Shown: in pieces, positions 40,564-54,690 of the stretch | Position numbering within the stretch: the first letter of the stretch is position 1 | Layout of the letters: each line of letters opens with the position of its first letter | Assembly (NCBI GenBank): GCA_951406725.2 | Contig: OX597818.1 | Location: forward strand, 8,060,001 to 8,124,000 | DNA length: 64,000 bases | Direction: 5' to 3' | Source: Octopus vulgaris | Lineage: Eukaryota | Program-made: the position numbers and the translations under genes | The notes under the pieces: model-generated | Databases searched by the model: none | What the model saw: only the letters and a program-made list of their open reading frames with translations | What the model was told of the DNA's origin: nothing

Positions 40564-42118
40564 TAACAACTCAATCTTTTATTCACCCCAACATATTAAG
40601 ATTGATATCTACAAAATATATAATGTGTAATGTATATCATAGTATCTGTCTATTTAAGGTTCACTTCAATGTTTTAATATTAGTTCCCTGCTTTCCTCGT
40701 CGGTAATGTAGTTGTGTTATTCGTTTTAATGCGTTTAGATACTTTTGTTTAGACATTAAAATGTGAAGGCTTTATAATATAATTCCCTGGCAAATGGAAT
40801 TTTGCGAATGTTCTAAGCAAATTCCTATTTTCTCCTGAAATATAATGGCTGTCATTAAAATGACAGAAACAGAAATTATTAAACAGTGTGTTAACGATAA
40901 AGACACTTGTTTATGCATCGGACACTAGCATAGATTAATAAAACAGAAAGGAAACCACATCCGCTAAAAAATATAAAAAAAACAGTTCCCTGGATTTGCC
41001 CATGGGCCAAATACTTGAACAAAATAAATTTAAGAATGTTATTTTCCAATATTCAGTTCTAGTATATAGCTAAAAATCTGCCAGATAATGAGTGTCAATT
41101 CACATAACGGTGGAGTATAAATGTGAGATAATAAATTGACTTGACCCCATAATTTGTCAGGTATATATTCGTGTTTCCTTCGACTTGGTTGACTGAAAAT
41201 TTTCCGGAAATCCCAATGACGTCGTTTTTTTGGTTAGGAATAGTGAATCTGAGGCGTTATCTCCCTTCCAAAATTGCTGCCAGTTATTTGTAGTAGATTT
41301 AGTTGTAATTTCGAGAAGATGGAGTTCATGTCTGTAGCAGCAACCGCATCAGTGGCTGTTGTATTATTTTCATATTTTCGGATTTAAATGAGTACTTCTT
41401 TATACACTAAGCCACAACATATAAATTCACTTCTTGCAAAAGCGAAATGTATACATGCAGATTTATTCTTTCATGTTTATTCAAAAGAAAAGAGTCAGCA
41501 TCAATATCTATTTTTGTATGTCCTCTAAATCAGGGAAGAATAGGAACAGAGCACTTCATGCCTGGTTCAAAGTTCTTCAAAAAATGTGGATCTCTCGAAT
41601 TAGTTTTAAATCTCATGCGGCAATGTTTCAACGGGCAGCAAATTAATATTTGATTTTGCATATATTTGTTACGATTGAGAAAGCGGGAAGAACAATTCAT
41701 ACTCTGGTTCGAATTCTTTTGACAAAACGGATACAATCGCAAATAGCTATGTTTTAAATGGAGATAAGATCAATCCTGTCATCAACGAAGAAATATAATC
41801 TACGCCAGGAAATGTTTTTAAGAATTTAAAAGGTTTTATGTTTACTAATAAGGCTTACGTCATCCAGAGGTTATGGTAGGCGGTAACGGTTCAAAGTTGA
41901 ATGCATTGATATCAAACATGGGCCAAAAAAATTGAGAAGCAAATTTCTCAACCAAACTTGATGTGATAATTATAAAATTGCAAAACCTTTCAGACAATTA
42001 ATAATCATAACAATAAAATTGTAATATTGTTGAATAATAGAGTTACAATTGTCAATGTAGTTGTTAGAGTTGTAAACAACTTCAAAACGGTATAAATAGT
42101 TTATTATTATTATTATTA

Positions 42119-42188
<70 letters not shown>

Positions 42189-42207
42189 CATTATTATTAT
42201 TATTATT

Positions 42208-42592
42208 AAAGCAATGACGGAGCAGAAACGTTAACACGCAGGGCGAAATACTTAGCGACATTTCGTCCGTCCTTACGTTGTGAGTTCAAATGCCACCAAG
42301 GTTCAATTTGCCTTTCACCGTTTTGGGGTCACTAAAATAACTACGAGGGTAGTACTGTGGTCGATGTGACCGACTATACCCTCCCCCAAATTTCTGGCTT
42401 TGTACCTATAGTAAAAAAGTATTATCAATATTATTAAGGCGGCGAGCTGACAGAATCATTAGCACGCCAGCCGAAATGCTGAGCGGTATTTCTCTCGGGA
42501 TCGATAAATTAAGTACCAGTTTCGTACTGTGCGGTCGATTTAATCGACTGGCCTCTCAAAATACAAGGCCTTATGTCTGTAGTAAAAATGAT
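42208..42592 (+). mobile_element. Two tandem SINE family 2 copies (42208-42420; 42437-42592, internally deleted)
   Basis: Heads GCAGAAACGTTAACACGCAGGGCG and GGCGGCGAGCTGACAGAATCATTAGCACGCC; shared tails. Confidence 0.82.
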
Positions 42593-42693
42593 TCTCCTTT
42601 TTCTTCTTCTTCTTCTTCTTCTTCTTCTTCTTCTTCTTCTTCTTCTTCTTCTTCTTCTTCTTCTTCTTCTTCTTCTTCTTCTTCTTCTTCTTC

Positions 42694-42955
42694 TTGTCTT
42701 TACACAGCTTCTAACGCTGGAGATGTACTACGGCATCAGCTGTTCACTAGCAGTGAACTAAGATTACACCCCTTATTTTTCGAGCACCATCGAGAGTATT
42801 CGAGCGGTTCCAACAATGCTGTTTTCTGCAAGTGCTCTTCCCTTATTGCAGCCCCTATTTGCTCCATGTACTTTTCAAGATTTTTACTCACTGTTCCCAG
42901 GGCTCCGATCATTACTGATAATACTACCACCTTTTTCAGCGACCACAACTGCTAA
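42694..42955 (-). mobile_element. 5'-truncated R4/Dong 3' end (subfamily B) with (AAG)n tail
   Basis: LWSLKKVVVLSVMIGALGTVSKNLEKYMEQIG...HLQKTALL; (TTC)n at 42601-42693. Confidence 0.88.
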
Positions 42956-42994
42956 ACTTCCCATGTTATATCATCATCATCATCAGTTGGAAGT

Positions 42995-44500
42995 TCATGT
43001 TGGTGTTATGCCTAGGGTGCCATATATTTGGATTTGTACATAGTGTTGTACTAGTGAATGTCTAAAAAAAAGCATACGAAAATTGTTTGTTTTAAAACTT
43101 GAGATTACATAGAAAGTATTTTGCGTAGTATATGAGCAGTTCACATGAGCACTATCTTTTGAATTTCTGCCATTTTGTGGTTTCCTGGTATCTGAGTTAG
43201 GTAGCAATCAGCCACTTGTGCTATAATTCACAGAGCACCTATGACAACAGGTATTGTTTTAGTCTTCAGGTTCCACATTTTGCTGATTTCTATTTAAAGA
43301 TCTTTATATTTGTTTTTGGTAGGTCTTAACAGATACGATTATATCGATTGAGACAGTCATATCAATGAGGAGGCATGACTTTTGTCTGAAGCCTTTCAAT
43401 ATGATATCTGGCCTATTTGCATCTATCTTTCTGTCAGTTTGAATGCTGAATTTCAAGAGGAGTGAGATTTAATCATTTTCAAGCACTGGAGGTGGTTTGT
43501 GTTACCATCAGTTTTTATCATGGGGCAAGTCCAGGCTTTTGCAAATTACCCAGTGAATATATTGTGCAGCTCTATCATGCTTGTTGAGATACTCTGTAGG
43601 CGCTAGAAGACTGCATTTGGAGACAACATGATCAATGGTTTCATTTTTTGTTGACATAAACGACATGTTGGGCTACTGCTGTCCTTTAATATGTTGGCCT
43701 GGTAGTTTCTTGTAGGTAGGCATTGATCTTGAGCTGCTATGATAAACCCTTCTGTTTCAGATTTTAAGCCAGAGGCCATTAGCCATTCATGAGTCAGGGC
43801 TTTGTCAACATCTGCATTATTCGCTCTCTTTGTGTATTTGCCATTCACAGGTTTTCTTGCCATAATATCAAAGGCAGCAGTTTTAGCACGGGTTATCATG
43901 CGCTTAGCTTTTTCTGCGATGGTTTCTTGTATGTCTAATTCCGAAATTGGTTGTATTCGGAATTCACTTAGATATTCCTTTGCCTGTTTTGTTACTGAGT
44001 ATGATGCTTTTTGTTTTCATGTTTTGAGACGAGTTTTAACATCCAGTCCTCAGTGTTTTCAGGTATGTGTCTAGGTCAATTGTAGCAATCTTCATTGTTA
44101 TTGCCAGTTGTAAAAGTCCACGGCCTCCCTCTTTTCTTGGCAGATAAAGTTGTTCTGTATCTGCCTTAGGGTGGTGCATTCTATGCATTTTCAACAGTTT
44201 TCGTATTTTTCTGTCAAGATTACATATTTCAGTAATTGACAAATTAACGTTATTGAAATTGTAAGTCACGACTGGTATGGCTAATGCATTGATCGCTTCG
44301 ATCCTATTTCTCGCATTCAGCTCTGTCTTGAGTATTGCGCTTACTCTGCGATAACATTCTCTACTGATCCTTTCCTTCATCATTAAATGCCTTTTTCTGT
44401 CCCCTTCAAGTACCCCTAGGTACTTGTAGCTCTCCGCTGGGTCTAACTCTTTCATGACATTCTGCTGGTTATAGTTAAAGTTAGTCAGTCAAGGTTAACG
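42995..44500 (-). mobile_element. 5'-truncated R4/Dong element (subfamily C), decayed
   Basis: KELDPAESYKYLG, MHHPKADTEQLYLPRKEGGRGL, WLMASGLKSETEGFIIAAQDQ, CRLC zinc knuckle. Confidence 0.93.
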
Positions 44501-44510
44501 TTAGTTGTTG

Positions 44511-44620
<110 letters not shown>

Positions 44621-44635
44621 TGTATTATTATTATT

Positions 44636-45690
44636 CTTTCTGTCTTCAAATTTTCTTCCGTTTCTCGCCGAGTGTTTCCGTACACCTAGGGCGGAGAAGC
44701 TCATTGTATGCATTCCCAGATTACACACGCAAATTCACAGGTAAAATATGTATTAAAAAAAATAATGAATTAATAAATTCATGAATAGATGTTGTTTTCA
44801 CAGCGATAATGCTCTTCACAGTACATGGGCCGTTCCAGTCAACACGATTTTTTTCACTTCCTGTACGGATGGCAAGTCTGACATCATTTTCAAATAGGTT
44901 TCAGTACCTTTTTTATCATTCCTAGTGACCCCACAATCACTAGTACTGTAGTCGCCCTGAGATGCCACATTTTTTTCAATTTCCATTACCAAGTCCTTAT
45001 ATTTACTTATCTTGTCAAATTCTTTCGCCGCTATCTTGTGATCGCAAGGATTACTCATGTCAATCAACAAACATATCCTTTTTGTCTGATCTTTTATGAT
45101 AATATCCGTTTTATTAGCTTTTATAGTTCTGTCGGTATGTGCGGGGAAGTCCCACAGAATCGACACATTTTCTCCCTCAGTCACAGCTTCAGGATGGTGT
45201 TTATACCATTTGTCAGCGGTTTTGATTTTATAGTGCCGACATATTGTCCAGTGTAATTACTAGCCGACTCTGTCATGTCTTGCTTTATATTCTACAGGTG
45301 CTAAGACTCTACACTCTGAGATTAGGTGGTCTATTGTTTCAATCTCATCGTTACAGAATCGGCATTTAGGTTCAGCTCCATTTTATTTATCACATTGGGT
45401 TGGTAGTTCCGGGTTAATAAGCATTGGTCTTGAGCAGCTAATATGAAACCTTCACTCCCCGCTTTTAGACCTGAGCTTCATAACCATTGGTGAGTGTGTT
45501 TCTGGTCGACATCAGCTCGTTTGCTACGGGCCACATACTTGTCATGCAGATGTTTCTGTTCCCATCTGCTAGCTAATTTTTCATGCGCTTTTGTCGTTGC
45601 AATCAATTTTAGTGTCTTTGCAGCAGCAGTTGGCGCATTTCCTTCAACCTGATCGATCTGGTAGGTATTTAAGAGAGATCAGTAGCGAAT
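44636..45690 (-). mobile_element. 5'-truncated R4/Dong element (subfamily D), decayed
   Basis: EGENVSILWDFPAHTDRTIKANKTDII...KEFDKISKYKDL; distinct 3' UTR; (TAA)n flanks. Confidence 0.92.
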
Positions 45691-45709
45691 TATATTATCA
45701 TCATTAATA

Positions 45710-45771
<62 letters not shown>

Positions 45772-46295
45772 GAGTGAGAGAGCAGTTCATGCCATCAAAG
45801 TGACACTGTGGTAAAATATACGTCTGATAAAGGTACACCAGGCACATGAATCACAACCATATGTGCGCGACATGGTGATCTCATATCAAGATAAACAGCA
45901 CATGACCTTGCAGGTGGGGCCCAGTTAGAATTTTCTTCAGGTTGAGTAGCCCATCCCGCTCAAACGGTCCCTGAATAAGGGTTGTTTAAGGATGTTGAAA
46001 GAACCACACATGTTTCCAGAGGTGAACTATTCAAACCCCAAGAATCCCTCTCAACACATGGCTATGATGCTCCCCCACTACTTCTGCTCGTGATCAGAGA
46101 TGCACATATCGTCAGCCACTAAGGGACATGCTCAACTGGTTAAGGTCAAACAACTGACAAGCAAATCTGTGGTATTGAGCAGAATATTTGCTGTAGCCCA
46201 TCTTTTATACCAAGACAAAACAACGTACATGATAACACTTCCAATCAGTTAAGATCAGAAGCCATGAGAGCCACTGCCTGGTACTGCATCAGGGC

Positions 46296-46297
<2 letters not shown>
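45772..46297 (-). mobile_element. Non-coding (TAA)n-associated element, young copy with a ~29-bp deletion
   Basis: Nearly identical to 18114-18669, same termini. Confidence 0.93.
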
Positions 46298-46386
<89 letters not shown>

Positions 46387-46533
46387 TTTATTACTATTAT
46401 TATTATTATTATTATTACTATTAATATTATTATTATTATTACTATTAATATTATTATTATTATTATTATCATCATCATCATCATCATCATCATTATTATC
46501 ATTATTGTTATCATTATTATTATTATTAATATT

Positions 46534-46594
<61 letters not shown>

Positions 46595-46654
46595 TTATTA
46601 TTATTATTATTATTATTATCATTATTATTATTATCATCATTATTATTATCATTA

Positions 46655-46716
<62 letters not shown>

Positions 46717-46756
46717 TTGAATGTTATTAGTATTTTTATTATTATTGTTATTATTA

Positions 46757-46791
<35 letters not shown>

Positions 46792-46848
46792 TTTAATGTT
46801 ATTATTATTGTTATTATTATTGTTATTATTATTATTATTATCATTGTC
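46298..46848. repeat. Long compound (ATT)/(ATC)n microsatellite
   Basis: Direct inspection. Confidence 0.97.
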
Positions 46849-49800
46849 ATTTACTTTTAATCTGCATGTTTGATGCAATCACCTGCCGGGGCACACCCAG
46901 CGCCCTAGGGCAAGTGAAGGTTAAGAGTTGTTGAAATACAGCTGAAAGCTTGGGGAGGGGAAGTAGAGATATATCTCCATGTAATGCAAACACTGACATT
47001 TACATTGATAGGGTTTTTCTAAGGATGTGGGCAGTACTTGTTAGCACAATCTTTTGGATTTCCTTGAGACATGGTTTTCCAGGGATATTGTCTAGGTGTT
47101 TCTGACATCCCTTTTTTATCATACCTAGGGCACCTACAATAACAGGAACAGTTTTTGTTTTAAGATTCCACATCCTCTGTATTTCGATTTCCAGGTCCTT
47201 ATATTTACTAAGTTTGTCAAATTCCTTGACAGATACATTTTTATCAGTGGGGACGCTTACTTCTATTAGTCTGCAGGTATTTTCTTCCCTGTCCTTAACA
47301 ATTATGTCTGGTCGATTAGCCTTGATCGTTCTGTCAGTGTTGACTGGAAAATCCCAGAGGATGGTGACATTTTTACCTTCAACAACTGGCTGAGGATGGT
47401 GTTCGTACCAGTTAGCAGGAGTGTCGGATTTGTAGTGTTTACATATCTTCCAATGTATATACTGTCCTACCCTATCGTGGCGATTTTTGTATTCGTTTGG
47501 TGTCAGCACAGGACATCCCGAAACGAGATGGTCTATCGTTTCGTCAAATGTGTCGCAGAATCTGCATTTAGGGTCAGTACCGTTTCGGAGAACGTTAGCC
47601 TGGTAATTTCTGGTAAACAAGCTTTGATCTTGTGCTGCCATTATGAAACCTTCAGTCTCTGCTTTCAATCCAGAGCTCTTCAGCCACTGATGGGTTGTTG
47701 CTTGGTCTACATCAGCATTTTGGCTTCGGAGAATATATTGTCCATGCAGGGGCTTCTGGCTCCACCGCCTCTCAATTTGATTCTGCCCGTTCTTTTTTGC
47801 AGTCTGCTTGATTCGCTTTGCTTGATTGGTAGCAGTGGTTTCCGGCTCTTCATCTGATTCAAGGTTAATGTCTAGTTCCCTTTCGAACTTATAAGCTTCC
47901 TTGACAATAGAATGCAGCTTTTTGTTGCTTTCGTGTTCGCGCACAAGTCGCAGCATCCAGTCCTTTGTACTAGATAGGTACCTGTTCATTCCTACAGTAG
48001 AGGTCTTATAGCACAGCTCTAATTGCATCATTCCTCTCCCCCGCTGCTTCTAGGTAGGTACAAGCGGTCTACATCTGCCTTAGGGTGGTGCATGCTCCTG
48101 GATGTCAGTAACTTTCTTGTCTTCCTGTCTAAGCGTTGGAGTTCCGTAAGGTTCCAGTTAATGATATTAAAACTGTACTGTACTACTGGAAGTGCCAGGG
48201 TGTTAATGGCCTCAATGCAATTTTTGGAGTTGAGCTCAGTCTTCAGTACAAGCCTTATTCTCCTATAGTATTCCTTTCTTATTTTTTCCTTCATAGTAGC
48301 ATGATGTATACCATCTCCTTCGTTGATTCCTAGGTATTTGTAACTTTCCTGTGGGTCAAGTTCCTTGATGGTAGTGTCAATATCTAATTTAACAGAAGCT
48401 GTTTGCCTGAGCTTGCCTCTTACAAAAGTTGCTTTAGCACACTTATCAAGGCCAAAATCCATTCCGATATCATTGCTAAACTCTTTAACAGTTGTTAGCA
48501 GCCCTTCTAGCTCTTGGTCATTCCTGGCAAACAGCTTTAGGTCGTCCATATAGAAAAGATGGTTTATTAATTTACTAAAAACTTTGTACCCATATCTAGT
48601 ACTATCCAATTCGTTTGAGAGTGGGATCAGTGCCATGCAAAAAAGTAATGGAGAGAGGGAGTCACCTTGAAAGATGCCTCGTTTGATGTTGATGCTGTTG
48701 GACTGGCTCATCCCATTACTATGGCTTAAAAAGAGACGTGTGTTCCACATGGTCATGCTATTCTCTAAGAATTTTGAGACGACAGGAGAGATCTTGTATA
48801 TCTCAAGGGCCTTGAGTATCCATTTATGTGGGACACTGTCATACGCTTTCCTGTAGTCTATCCATGCCATACTCAGGTTTTTGTTTTTGCTCTGGCAATT
48901 CTCTACAATCATTCTGTTTATGAGCAATTGGTCTTTGCACCCATAAGAGTTTCTTTTACAACCTTTTTGAGCTTGTGGAAGGATAGAATTTTGTTCAAGG
49001 AAAGCGTACATTCTCTCCGTTATTATGGATGTGAGGATTTTGTAGGTGGTGTTGATACATGTTATTGGCCGGTAATTCTTTGGGTTTTTTGTGTCTTCGG
49101 TTTTAGGTAATAGGTAGGTGGTTCCTTCAGTCAGCCAAGCAGGTATTTGCTCTGGGTTCTGAATGACATCAGACAGAGATGCAGCGAGATGTCCGTGTAC
49201 CTCTGTCAAACAATTCAGCCAGAAGTTAGGGATCCGATCCAGTCCTGGGGTTTTCCATTTATGAGCCTTCCTAAGGACACACCTTAGCTCCTCTATTCCT
49301 ATTGCTTCCCATTTCTGTTCTTCAAGTTCATCCAGTCTCTCTTTCTCACGTTCTATCCAGTCAGCCTCAGCATTAAACTCTTTTTCGTTGCTCCATACCT
49401 TCTTCCAGAACTCCTCCACTTCCTCAATCTTAGGTGGATCTTCTATGTGTATTTTATTTTTGCCAATTTCCCTATAAAATTTCTTTGCATCTGTCTTAAA
49501 AAATTTATTTTGTCGATAAAATTTGTTTCTTTTGTCATACCTTCTAAGCCGTTGAGCTTTCAACTGTATCCGTTGTTTCAACAGTTCCTTAGTTGCAGGG
49601 AGGTTTATGAGATCTTTGATTTTATATTTTTGCTTGATTTTTCTAGCTTTTCTCGGCTTAATATTCACTCCTCTAGCAAGCTCATCGAGAACTGAAACAT
49701 CCGCCCGCAGAGATTCAATCTCTTTTTGTATCGCTACTTTCCACTTAGGAGGTTCATTGACATGCCTGGCCTTTTTCTTTGTCATCTTAATACCTAGTTG

Positions 49801-50405
49801 GGTAGTTACTACTTTAGCAGTGGAATAAATGAGATTATTTAAGGTTATCAAATCATTCCCCGTATTTCTTAAGATCTGTCCTAGGGCAACGTTATATGTC
49901 ATGATTGTGTTGTTATTTCTTGTGCCATTTGAAAACTTTGGTAGTGGTTCTCTATTAACCATGTCAGTGAGCTCAATCTTGCCGAGTTCTCTCATAATGT
50001 CCACTTTTGCTTCCATAATCTTTTCTCTATTATTCACCTCAAATTCTATGTCATATCTATTTTGGTTTTCTTGAGGACGGTCTACGTTCTCCTCTGTTTT
50101 CAAATCTCTCGTCTTCGCTATTCTTTGTTTAACTTCCCCATTGGGAAGTTGATTTGCCGCTTGTACACTGGCTTCTGTGCTACTGTTACCTATTTCGTCT
50201 ACATTGTTGCTGTTTTCTTTTAGTCTACCATGAGCTATCAGTGTCCTAATTTTGTCAATTTCAGCGTCAGTTTGTCTTTTGTTTTTAATTATATCTCTGC
50301 GTACATTACTTAATTTATTTGCGTCTATATATCTACGTACGTCATTGCCTACTGAATTTCTCCATGAGATGTATGTTTGTACACTGAGGTTATTATTTGG
50401 GTTTA
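46846..50405 (-). mobile_element. Young, slightly 5'-truncated R4/Dong-clade non-LTR retrotransposon in a (TAA)n array
   Basis: Single-ORF architecture (RT, CCHC knuckle, restriction-like endonuclease), ~150-bp 3' UTR, microsatellite on both sides. Confidence 0.96.
47000..50405 (-). pseudogene. R4/Dong polyprotein (RT + CCHC + REL endonuclease) with one frameshift near 48035 and no start codon
   Basis: KTPGLD, NYRPITC, WIDYRKAYDSVPH, GIFQGDSLSP, LFYMDDLKLF, YKYLG, CRFC..H...C, RPDIIV...IEVSV...KLSKY. The frame stays open by manual translation from 50103 up to the microsatellite junction. Confidence 0.94.
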
Positions 50406-50426
50406 TATTATTATTATTATTATTAA

Positions 50427-50465
<39 letters not shown>

Positions 50466-50502
50466 CATCATCATCATCATAATCATCATCATCATAATTG
50501 TA

Positions 50503-50715
50503 AAGGCTGCGAACTGTAGAATCGTTAGTATGCTGGATGAAATGCTTAGCGGTATTTCGCCTCTCGCTACTTTCTAGGTTGTAATTCAGCCGAGGTCGAC
50601 TTTGCCTGTCATCATTTCGGGGTCATAAATTAAGTACCCTTGAAACACTGGGGGCGACGTAATCGACTAGTCTCATCCCATGAATATCAAGCATTGTGCC
50701 TTCAGTAGGAATAGC
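50503..50715 (+). mobile_element. SINE family 2
   Basis: GCCGAGGTCGACTTTGCCTGTCATCATTTCGGGGTC core. Confidence 0.8.
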
Positions 50716-50729
50716 AATAATTATTATTA

Positions 50730-51145
50730 CGAGGACCAATACATCCGTCTTTAGTAGAGCTCTCATTAACGTTTTCAAGTTTCACTTGAAAAGGAAATTG
50801 AGCGTGGAGAGGGAAGTGCTGAACTCGAGTGTATTGAAAGTTGGGTCAAATTTGTGAAAAGCGGAAGTGTGGATGTAACCTATCTAAATGTAGATCTGTG
50901 AGTCGGAGAGAAAGGGCACTTCCTCTTAATGCTCATGGAAATCTCGGACAGCGTTGTTCCTGGATTATCCTTAGAAGTCAGCCTTCTTATACTAACTATA
51001 TGTCTCTTCCATTTCATTATATACCGTGTATACTTACATTTTAAAGAATTAATATACCATTTCATTATGTGTAAATACACTCACTTTATGTCTATTTTTG
51101 TACTGTCCCTCTCATCCTTCGTCCTGGTGGCAAATAAATGAAATT
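50730..51145 (+). mobile_element. L1/Tx1 3'-terminal fragment with (ATT)n tail
   Basis: Homologous to 17575-18055 (CATTAACGTTTTCAAGTTTCACTTGAAAAGGAAA; CTTCGTCCTGGTGGCAAATAAATGAAATTATT). Confidence 0.82.
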
Positions 51146-51155
51146 ATTATTATTA

Positions 51156-51223
<68 letters not shown>

Positions 51224-52231
51224 TAAAATCCTTACTGTTGTAAACAGGTCAACATCTATGGGATATGTCAAAATAAAAAACGAAACTCGTGATTTCTCAT
51301 TTTTTAAAGTGATTACTTTATCAATATATTTTCCCGGCATACTACTGTTTTGTGCGTTTAACACAGAGCCTTCTGATACTATGATATTAACCAGCATTGT
51401 TCCTTGCAAAGATCATCAGTATATCGCGAGTAAAATGTGTGGAAAATAATTATGGGTTCAGCGAAAACTGAAGTTTATGAATGCAGCATGTAATTCAATG
51501 ATTACCAAAATCCACAAAAATTTTTACAAGAGAGTAATATAAGAGCTCACTCATCTGAGGGTCACAACTTACCTGTTAGTAAAAGGGAGGAAGAGTATGT
51601 GTAATTTATGTCATATATTTTAAGGATACAAAACAAATTGACTATATAATTTTGAATATGACTACATACTTACATCAGAAATGATACTGAGAAAGAGTGA
51701 TGGGAATACTTTGAATGTGATGTGAATACCTTAAAAAGAACGTGTTGAGAGTTAAAATATCATACTCACACATACATGTATATAACATTTGTGCTGAATG
51801 ATATAAAATCGTGTGTATCGAAATTCCTCTTACATTTGCGCAGCTAGTAATGCTACTAATGACAGTAGCAACCACACCACTATAATACAAGCAGCATAGC
51901 TGAGGATACACAATGTTGGGCACTAAACTCTCCAGTTACCCTCGTACAGCTAGCAGTATATGCTATATTCATATATACTGAATCCCAAACAGTATATCTA
52001 GTATACATACTCAAGACATGACAAAGAAGAATGAAAAATAATATATATATATATAAATTAAATAGTCAACCGAAAGAGTTACAAATAGTTCGATACTATT
52101 ATGATACTTGAACAGGCATAATCTTAAAATACGCCATGTATCTTAAAGCGATTCTTAAAATAGATAGTTATTTACATACATACATACGCACACGTATATA
52201 TACATGTATACATACATACATGCATCCATAC

Positions 52232-53400
52232 ATACATACTTGGGCTGCTATGCTGGGTGATTCATGAGATCCGAGCCATTGACGTGAAAACTGGAAAAAT
52301 ACCAAGAAACACACACAATTTCCACATAAAGAGTGATGTAGACCGCCTCTACCTAAAACGAAAAGAAAGCTGTAGTGGCTTAACATCAATCCAAAATGCT
52401 TTTGAATGCCGTACCATAACCTTTCTTTTAACCACCAAGTCTCGAAGTGCATCCTTTGACCAAGGTTGCATAAATGAGGCTGAAAACATCATAAGACATG
52501 CAAGGTAGCTCCTTGAGCAACACTTTAGTGGGATAACTTAAAATTCATGACCAAAGTTGAGCCTCTATGAGCAGAAGACTATGCATGGATATGTTAGTTG
52601 AAAGCTCCGAGATGATAGTAACGTTGATCAAGCACCAATAGCCGGATTACTACCTCCAATTTAGAAAGGTATGCTTTTTTGTAATCCAGGAACAGGAAAT
52701 AGCAACCAAATACCTGATGCACAAAAGGGATAGTGATGTAGGAACAGCAGTAAAATGTGACAACCGATGCATCGTAAGCAGTTGTCCGAAAATTTTAACA
52801 GCGGATTATCTACCGATGAGAGAGGTTGTTTTGATTTCACACCCTCTAATGAAATCTGCCTGAAGGATAACGACGAGAACAAAGAAATATGAACCGACAG
52901 TATGGTAGTAGACATAGCCACTCATGATAAAATGGAGTACTGGGGGTATGTCCCAGTGAGGGTCTCAATAAAATGAAAGCACAGCAAACCTGATAAATTG
53001 ATTTTGGATAAAAATAATTTGTGCACAGTTGTGGAAATTAGCTTCCAAGCGGCTGTTAACCTAAAGCTGAATATCAGTGAAAAAGAGTATACATGCGCTG
53101 AACAATTGAGAAATCTGCAGTTACTTTATCCAGAATACACGTTGTGGTCGAAAGCTGTAATTTTGGGGGCCTTGACATATGTAACACACTGCATATATAC
53201 CAATCTTCAGAAAATAGGCTTCTCGAAACAAGAAACAAGAAAGCTAATTCGAAGACTACAGATCTAATCCATCACTAGAATTGTAGAAATCTGTAAAATG
53301 TTTCTAGAAGTTTATCATTTAAATACATATCAGCATGAATAGATATGCAACTGTATGCATGAGAATACATACAGAAAGCCACACATGCAACTCTGCACAC
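52232..53400 (+). mobile_element. Decayed R4/Dong-like element (divergent subfamily) flanked by (ACAT)n
   Basis: IDVKTGKI...NFHIKSDVDRLYLKRKESCSGLTSI; QEQEIATKYL; KPDKLILDK...VVEIS; ILGAL. Confidence 0.82.
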
Positions 53401-53414
53401 ATACATTATATACA

Positions 53415-53504
<90 letters not shown>

Positions 53505-54450
53505 TCTTAAGAACAATGATAAACGTGTGAAGAACGAATACAGCGTGTGATTATTTGGCAATGAAAAACTGAACACGCCAAAATATAACAATATATATAC
53601 ATATATATCTATAACAAAATATATATACGTATGTACGTACGTATGGACGTATGTATGAATGTATTTATATATATAAATATACACATAAATATATATTAGA
53701 GGTTTCAAAACCACCTGCAAGATGATTGTAGTTGTAGAATGAAAAAGAAAATCGTTATGAGAAAATAAACATAATAGATATGAAGTAATGTAAACATATA
53801 GAAAAATGCTCAGTTGGGAATCACGGATAGGAATACGAGAAAATGCTACAAACAAACGAACACGCACACTCATATACACACATGCGCACACACGTGTGTA
53901 TGTAAACGTATATATACATACATACTTATATATATATATATATATATCTTTAAACACATATATATATATGTGTGTATATATTTATATATAAACATGTATA
54001 TAAATAGATATACATATGTACATACACACACATACACACTCACACACATATATGTGTGTGCATATGAGTATATATATTATAACTTGAGCAAAATACTGAA
54101 AGGCGCAAACAGTCATATAATAAAAAAACACTAACATACACATGCATAGAGAGTTACCAATATCTAGAAAAAAAACACAAGGGCATGCAAATGAATTTGA
54201 TTTTATTCTTGTATCTCAATTGAATTTTCAAGTAAAAAGAGATAGAAAAATAGTGTATTATTTCAATAAGTTTCTGAATATGATAGCCTCTAATACACAA
54301 ATAACCCTCCCTCACAATGAAATGCCCCACACGTACATATAGATGCATATACAAATTTCTATATGTGTGTTTGTGTGTATGTGTCTATGCGTGTATATAT
54401 GTACGCGTGATATGTATGTATATAGATGTGTGTGCATATATATACGTTAA

Positions 54451-54523
<73 letters not shown>

Positions 54524-54646
54524 ATATATATAGTCCGAGATGTGTCTGCACGTATACATATAAATATTCATGGATATATACGTATACATACACTGCTATT
54601 CATAGCATGCATAAAGATGTATAAATGTGCGCACATGAATACTATA

Positions 54647-54690
<44 letters not shown>

